From an uncultured Bdellovibrionales bacterium (GTDB lineage: Bacteria > Pseudomonadota > Alphaproteobacteria > Micavibrionales > GCA-2720935), in the NCBI GenBank assembly GCA_964351525.1, contig CAYGOD010000002.1:489135-553134 (forward strand): a stretch of 64,000 bases of DNA. Direction: 5' to 3'. Under the pieces are notes generated by a model that saw nothing but the letters and a program-made list of their open reading frames with translations, was not told the DNA's origin and searched no databases. How positions within the stretch are numbered: position 1 is the first letter of the stretch; every line of letters begins with the position of its first letter. The translations under genes and the position numbers were made by a program. This document shows, piece by piece, positions 57,186-64,000 of this stretch.

Positions 57186-57290
57186 AAGGGGTTTCAAAGA
57201 TATTTTCGTAGGTAATAAGGTAATGTGCCAACTATTAGACATTATTTTATTAAATTTAACTCGCTTAAACGTTAACTAAGGAGAAAAACA

Positions 57291-57584
57291 ATGAAACTTA
57301 GACCTCTTCATGACCGTGTGCTTGTTCGTCGTATCGACGCAGAAGAAAAAACAGCTGGCGGTCTTATTATTCCAGAAACAGCCCAAGAAAAACCAATGCA
57401 AGGCGAAATCTTGTCAACAGGTTCCGGCACGCGCGATGATAGCGGTAAAGTTATCCCGCTAGACGTCAAAACCGGTGACCGCGTATTGTTCGCTAAATGG
57501 TCGGGTACTGAAGTCAAAATCAATGGTGAAGATCTTATCGTAATGAAAGAGTCTGACATCATGGGTGTTGTTGAAGCGGCATAA
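57291..57584 (+). CDS. groES: co-chaperonin GroES
   Basis: 97 aa. [14 protein letters not shown]...[19 protein letters not shown] Shine-Dalgarno upstream. Confidence 0.95.
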   Translation: MKLRPLHDRVLVRRIDAEEKTAGGLIIPETAQEKPMQGEILSTGSGTRDDSGKVIPLDVKTGDRVLFAKWSGTEVKINGEDLIVMKESDIMGVVEAA

Positions 57585-57650
57585 GCCCCCAACACGAAAA
57601 GACAATTACATTCTATATTTTATAAAGTTATATATCTTAAAAGGAGATAA

Positions 57651-59306
<1,656 letters not shown>

Positions 59307-59348
59307 TATCATAACCAGCTTACCCTTAATTGGCTGAAATAATTTAAG

Positions 59349-59382
59349 ACGCTCCTCATAACAATATGAGGGGCGTTTTTTT
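59349..59382 (+). terminator. rho-independent terminator after groEL
   Basis: 12-bp stem ACGCTCCTCATA / TATGAGGGGCGT (one G-U pair) with a 4-nt loop, followed by T7. Confidence 0.7.
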
Positions 59383-59457
59383 ATTTATTTATAGGTCATT
59401 CTAAGATAGTCTATTGATATTAAACGACTTCAATCAATGCTTAAGGATAAGACAATC

Positions 59458-60102
59458 ATGGCTGAAAAGAAAAAAACGACAAAGAAGGCGACTGTTAAAA
59501 AAAGCGCTAAGAAGTCTGTAAAAAAGGCTGTGGTGAAAAATACACCAACGAAGACAGCTATAGTAAAAAAGACAGCCATGGTAAAAGCATCAGCAGTTAA
59601 AACAGTTCACTCTGATAAGACATTTATTGCGAATGCGTGGAATGGTCTTTATGAACCGACCTATAGCTTCTTTGTATTCTTCTTATTTGGTCTTGGTCTA
59701 ACGACACTGGCTGTTATTGGTTTTATTGATGGTGCATTACAAGGTATTTTTGCTTATTTACAAATCGAAAATCTACAAACATTGCGTCTGCATTACACAA
59801 CGAATATGACGGAAATGGTTTCAGAAGCAACGCCGCTATCTGCCGCCGCATCAAAACTACAATTTGAAACCCAAGCGATGTTACGCTATGGCATTGATAT
59901 TATTCAACTGGTTGCTGCTTTGTCTGTTTGGTTGGTTGTTTATGTATGGGCAATCGTAAGTGTTTGGTCATCGGCACTTCGTTTTTACGAAAAACACCCT
60001 AATTCGGCCTTTTATACAAAAATTGTAACAGGTGTAGCGACACTTTACTTGGTATGGTTCCTCGCGCATTATGGCACAAAAGCAGTATTACCATTTATGT
60101 AG
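59458..60102 (+). CDS. hypothetical membrane protein with histone-H1-like Lys/Ala/Thr/Val-rich N-terminus
   Basis: Start taken at MAEKKK (AAGGA 10 nt upstream). N-terminal KKKTTKKATVKKSAKKSVKKAVVKNTPTKTAIVKKTAMVKA, then three hydrophobic segments. Confidence 0.6.
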   Translation: MAEKKKTTKKATVKKSAKKSVKKAVVKNTPTKTAIVKKTAMVKASAVKTVHSDKTFIANAWNGLYEPTYSFFVFFLFGLGLTTLAVIGFIDGALQGIFAYLQIENLQTLRLHYTTNMTEMVSEATPLSAAASKLQFETQAMLRYGIDIIQLVAALSVWLVVYVWAIVSVWSSALRFYEKHPNSAFYTKIVTGVATLYLVWFLAHYGTKAVLPFM

Positions 60103-60159
60103 TATTCAGCACATCATCTTTGGCTTGAATAAGAGGCGTTTTTCCATTAAAAAACGAGT

Positions 60160-61185
60160 ATGAAACTTGATGATTTTATGTTTGATCTACCTGAGGAATT
60201 AATTGCGCAAGTGCCAATTGATAACCGCAGTGATAGCCGTTTGATGCATATCAACAAACAAGCCCAAACAATAGACGATAAATCCTTTACTGATATCGTT
60301 GATTTTTTAAATCCACATGATCTCCTAATCTTTAATGACACAAAGGTTATTCCCGCACGCACCTATGCCAAGCGTCCAACGGGGGGTATCGTTGAGGTGA
60401 TGGTTGAACGCTTTATTTCTGATCGCCGTGTTTCAGCTTATTTAAAAGCCAGCAACACGCCGCGCCCAGGATTAGAAATGACGCTTATTGGTGGCGCCAA
60501 AATTGTGATTGTTGAGCGCCAAAGAAACTTTTTCATTCTAGATTTGGTCGACGTAAATCTGAATTGGATTGATGTGTTAGAAGATGAGGGCAAGATACCA
60601 TTGCCCCCATATATTACCAGAGATGTCACAGAAGAAGATTTAACTCGTTATCAAACGGTCTATGCAAAAAATAAGGGTGCGGTTGCTGCCCCCACGGCGG
60701 GATTGCATTTTGATGATGATATTTTTAAACGTTTAAAAGAGAAAAACATAGATCATGGTTTTGTAACATTGCATGTTGGCGCGGGGACCTTTGAGCCAGT
60801 ACGTATTCAAGATTTTAAAAACCATCAAATGCATTCTGAGCAAATTAACGTGACCCAAGAATTAGCCGATAAGGTGAATGCGACAAAGAAAAATGGCGGC
60901 CGCATTATTGCCGTTGGTACCACATGTGTAAGAACACTTGAAAGTGCATGGGGAGATGACATGTTGAAACCATGTCATAAAGAAACAGAAATTTTTATTT
61001 ACCCAGGGTATGATTTTAAGTGTGTTAATGCGATGATTACGAATTTTCATTTACCGGGATCGACACTCATTTTATTGGTTTCGGCGTTCGTTGGCTCAGA
61101 TCTCATTAAACAATCGTACCAACATGCTATTGATAAAAAATACCGTTTCTTTAGTTACGGTGATGCTATGTTACTAGAAAGATAG
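60160..61185 (+). CDS. queA: tRNA preQ1(34) S-adenosylmethionine ribosyltransferase-isomerase
   Basis: 341 aa. MKLDDFMFDLPEELIAQ, IPLPPYI, TVYA...GAVAAPTAGLHF and VGTT..R.LES motifs. Confidence 0.9.
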   Translation: MKLDDFMFDLPEELIAQVPIDNRSDSRLMHINKQAQTIDDKSFTDIVDFLNPHDLLIFNDTKVIPARTYAKRPTGGIVEVMVERFISDRRVSAYLKASNTPRPGLEMTLIGGAKIVIVERQRNFFILDLVDVNLNWIDVLEDEGKIPLPPYITRDVTEEDLTRYQTVYAKNKGAVAAPTAGLHFDDDIFKRLKEKNIDHGFVTLHVGAGTFEPVRIQDFKNHQMHSEQINVTQELADKVNATKKNGGRIIAVGTTCVRTLESAWGDDMLKPCHKETEIFIYPGYDFKCVNAMITNFHLPGSTLILLVSAFVGSDLIKQSYQHAIDKKYRFFSYGDAMLLER

Positions 61186-61207
61186 AGGGTATTAGAAAGA
61201 TAAAAAA

Positions 61208-61897
61208 ATGCAAAATCCAGATAGACCAAAATTAACACCACCAAAGGGTGCGACAAAAGTCCTCCTCCATAGTTGTTGTGCACCATGTTCGGGTGATGTG
61301 ATTCAACGCATGGTTGAATCAGGTTTAGAGGTGACGATCTTCTTTTACAATCCTAATATTCACCCGAAGAAAGAATATGAATTACGCAAAACAGAAAATA
61401 TTCGTTATGCGGAAAAACTAGGACTTGATTTTATTGATGCTGATTATGATGTTCAGAACTGGTTTGCACGCGCCAAAGGTATGGAGCATGAGCCAGAAAA
61501 AGGTATCAGATGCAGTATGTGTTTCGATATGCGTTTTGAACGCACAGCCCTTTATGCGTTTGAGAATGATTTTGATTTAATCACTAGCTCGCTTGGTATT
61601 TCTAGATGGAAAAATATGAATCAAATTAATGCATCAGGTGTAAAGGCCGCATCGCATTATGACGGTGTTCAATATTGGACGTATAATTGGCGAAAATATA
61701 ATGGTGCTGAAAATATGTATGAAATTTCTAAGGAAGAAAGCTTTTATCAGCAACAATATTGTGGCTGTATTTTCTCTCTGCGTGATACAAATAAAAAACG
61801 TGTTGATCAAGGGCGTGAAGAAATTGCTATCGGTGAAACATTCTATGAAAAGAAACTAGAAGACCTGGCGGATGATAAAAATGAGCCAAACTCTTAA
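61208..61897 (+). CDS. queH: epoxyqueuosine reductase QueH (DUF208)
   Basis: 229 aa. [18 protein letters not shown] and YCGCIFS Cys motifs are characteristic of QueH. Confidence 0.8.
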   Translation: MQNPDRPKLTPPKGATKVLLHSCCAPCSGDVIQRMVESGLEVTIFFYNPNIHPKKEYELRKTENIRYAEKLGLDFIDADYDVQNWFARAKGMEHEPEKGIRCSMCFDMRFERTALYAFENDFDLITSSLGISRWKNMNQINASGVKAASHYDGVQYWTYNWRKYNGAENMYEISKEESFYQQQYCGCIFSLRDTNKKRVDQGREEIAIGETFYEKKLEDLADDKNEPNS

Positions 61898-63332
61898 CTT
61901 TGATAATCAGTTCACCAAACTATCAGAGGATTTCTATACAAAAATGCATGCGGAGGGTTTTGTCGATAACCCGACTGCGGTGCATATCAACAAAGACGTT
62001 GCCAAAAATTTAAGGCTAGGCGATGATTTTTTAACATCAGAAGAATTCTTGAACATATTCTCGGGAAATACGGTCATGGACGGAATGGAGCCTTTGGCCC
62101 AAGTTTATTCAGGACATCAATTTGGTGTATGGGCGGGGCAATTGGGTGACGGACGTGCCTTACTGTTGGGGCAAGTGCGCGACAAGAATAACCGTCTGAT
62201 TGATCTTCAACTAAAGGGTTCTGGCTTAACACCTTATTCACGCATGGGGGATGGGCGCGCCGTTATGCGTTCTGTTATTCGTGAATATTTATGTGGTGAA
62301 GCGATGCATGGCTTGGGCATTCCAACAACGCGCGCCCTTGGTGTTATTGCAACCAACCAAGATGTTACGCGTGAATTCAATGAGCCTGGTGCTATTATGA
62401 TTCGCACAGGCGAAAGCCATATTCGTTTTGGACATTTTGAACATCTCTATCACCATGATAAAAAACATCTTGTACAAAATTTGGCCGATCACGTTATCGG
62501 CGTCTATCATGATGATAAGTTCACAGGTAATGACAAATATAAGAATTGGTTTATTGATCTGGTTGCGCGCACGGCAAAAATGATCGCGCGTTGGCAAGCT
62601 GTTGGTTTTTGTCACGGTGTAATGAATACGGATAATATGTCGATTTTGGGGTTAACCATAGATTATGGACCATTCGGTTTTATGGATGATTTTGATGCAG
62701 GCTATGTTTGTAATACATCTGACCATCAAGGACGCTATGCTTATGATCAGCAACCATCAATCGGTTTGTGGAATTTACAAGCTCTGTCTTATGCGCTTCA
62801 GCCTTTAATTAGCTTCTCTGATATTAAAACAATTTTAGAAACCTATGGTCAAATTTTTGCCAAAGAGTATCATACGATTATGGCAAAAAAATTAGGGCTT
62901 AAAAAATTAGATGATAATCGAGAAATCTTGCGAGATCTTTTGACGCTCATGCATCAAGATGCTGTTGATTATACCATTGCGCTTCGCACGCTTTCTAACG
63001 CTAGAAATCTTGATGATTCAGCTGGTTTTATTGCCTTATTCAAGAATGAAGAAAACGTACAAAAATGGTGTCATAATTATTTCGGTTTTGTTGCCACGAA
63101 TGGTGTGAAAAAACGCATGGATGTTATGCGACAAACCAATCCTAAGTTTATCCTACGCAATTGGATTGCCGAAGATGTGATCCGTGCCGTCATCGATAAT
63201 AAAGATTATTCAAAGATTGATGATGTGTTGAATATTTTAAGAGATCCGTTTTCAGAACATGACGCATTTGAACATTATGCGGCGGCGCCAAAAGAAGAGC
63301 AAAAGAATATTTGTTTGTCTTGCTCGTCTTAA
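61881..63332 (+). CDS. selO: protein adenylyltransferase SelO (YdiU)
   Basis: Start taken at [33 protein letters not shown] and [23 protein letters not shown] motifs. C-terminal CLSCSS, the Cys counterpart of the eukaryotic Sec motif. Overlaps the queH end by 17 nt. Confidence 0.9.
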   Translation: MSQTLNFDNQFTKLSEDFYTKMHAEGFVDNPTAVHINKDVAKNLRLGDDFLTSEEFLNIFSGNTVMDGMEPLAQVYSGHQFGVWAGQLGDGRALLLGQVRDKNNRLIDLQLKGSGLTPYSRMGDGRAVMRSVIREYLCGEAMHGLGIPTTRALGVIATNQDVTREFNEPGAIMIRTGESHIRFGHFEHLYHHDKKHLVQNLADHVIGVYHDDKFTGNDKYKNWFIDLVARTAKMIARWQAVGFCHGVMNTDNMSILGLTIDYGPFGFMDDFDAGYVCNTSDHQGRYAYDQQPSIGLWNLQALSYALQPLISFSDIKTILETYGQIFAKEYHTIMAKKLGLKKLDDNREILRDLLTLMHQDAVDYTIALRTLSNARNLDDSAGFIALFKNEENVQKWCHNYFGFVATNGVKKRMDVMRQTNPKFILRNWIAEDVIRAVIDNKDYSKIDDVLNILRDPFSEHDAFEHYAAAPKEEQKNICLSCSS

Positions 63333-63340
63333 AAGAAGCT

Positions 63341-64000
63341 CTAGCCTTCTTTCATATCGATAAGCTCTAGCCAGCGTTCCTCTGATTTTTCTAACTTCTC
63401 TTTTGCCCGTCTTAAATCTTCGGTGGTTTTCATGAAGCCTTCTGGATCCTTATTATAAAAATCAGCCTGTGATAATTGCGCGGTCATTTCTTTGGAAGAG
63501 GCGGTCAATTTTTCAATGGTAGCGGGTAATAGCTTAAGTTCTCGTTCTAACTTATAGCTTAGTTTATTGTCTTTCTTTTTAACAACGCCAACAATCACTT
63601 CTGGTTCTTTAATTGCTTTAGGTTCTTTTTTTGTTTTTGCTTTTTTTTGTTTTGCTTCTGAGTTTTCCAATGATTTTTTATAGTTCATATAATCTGTAAA
63701 GCCACCAATACAGGTGTCAACAACGGCGTCGCCTTCAAAGGCTAAAATACGGGTGACGGTTTGGTCTAAAAATTCACGATCATGCGAGACAACAATCAAT
63801 GTACCGTTATAGGCATCAATAATTGTTTCCAACATGTCTAACGTCTCCATGTCCAAATCATTGGTCGGTTCATCTAAAATTAAACAGTTTTTGGGATTGG
63901 CCAAGACTTTGGCAAGAAGAAGACGGTTTTTCTGTCCCCCCGAGAATTGTTTAATCGTGTCATCCGCGCGCGCGGGGTCAAACATAAAGTCTTTTAGATA
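63341..64000 (-). CDS. uup: ABC-F family ATPase, C-terminal part (Uup-like; gene starts beyond window)
   Basis: The frame is open to the window edge. [26 protein letters not shown] and VSHDREFLD belong to the second ABC cassette. K/E-rich C-terminal coiled coil is typical of Uup. Confidence 0.8.
   Translation of the reverse strand, partial: YLKDFMFDPARADDTIKQFSGGQKNRLLLAKVLANPKNCLILDEPTNDLDMETLDMLETIIDAYNGTLIVVSHDREFLDQTVTRILAFEGDAVVDTCIGGFTDYMNYKKSLENSEAKQKKAKTKKEPKAIKEPEVIVGVVKKKDNKLSYKLERELKLLPATIEKLTASSKEMTAQLSQADFYNKDPEGFMKTTEDLRRAKEKLEKSEERWLELIDMKEG

Overview
AT-rich chromosomal segment (about 40% GC by eye) with alphaproteobacterial hallmarks: a PSRP-aroE-coaE-dnaQ / secB-fxsA-Tim44-mltA block, Usg, a TrxR-type FNR, CtaA, SapC, a BTLCP peptidase and groESL. 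I call about 63 tightly packed protein-coding genes. I found no rRNA, tRNA, CRISPR array, transposase or integrase. Most genes are housekeeping: the yejBEF peptide ABC importer, bS21, a fused indolepyruvate:ferredoxin oxidoreductase, aminopeptidase P, mlaA/mlaC, two ABC-F proteins, uppP, rsmD, tadA, xseA, fadE, queA-queH and selO. Between them sit AT-richer orphan loci. The best candidate for an undescribed system is a self-contained minus-strand operon at 40433-45923. It encodes an acidic 657-aa coiled-coil protein, a ClpB/ClpV-like double-AAA+ ATPase with no N-domain and a degenerate first ring, and a Gly/Ala-rich membrane protein. No known partner genes lie nearby. Other leads: a TerD-like / CaCA antiporter / TerD unit with AIM24 and orphan neighbours (23093-27460); an FNR / two polytopic membrane proteins / 2Fe-2S ferredoxin unit (53560-56785); a secreted 715-aa protein built from an internal duplication (2779-4926); a 320-aa orphan with kinase-like motifs (20307-21269); tandem orphan paralogues (49212-50205); and a possible ATT start codon behind a perfect AGGAGG (32481-32497). 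All functional calls come from motif reading by eye. No database search was run.
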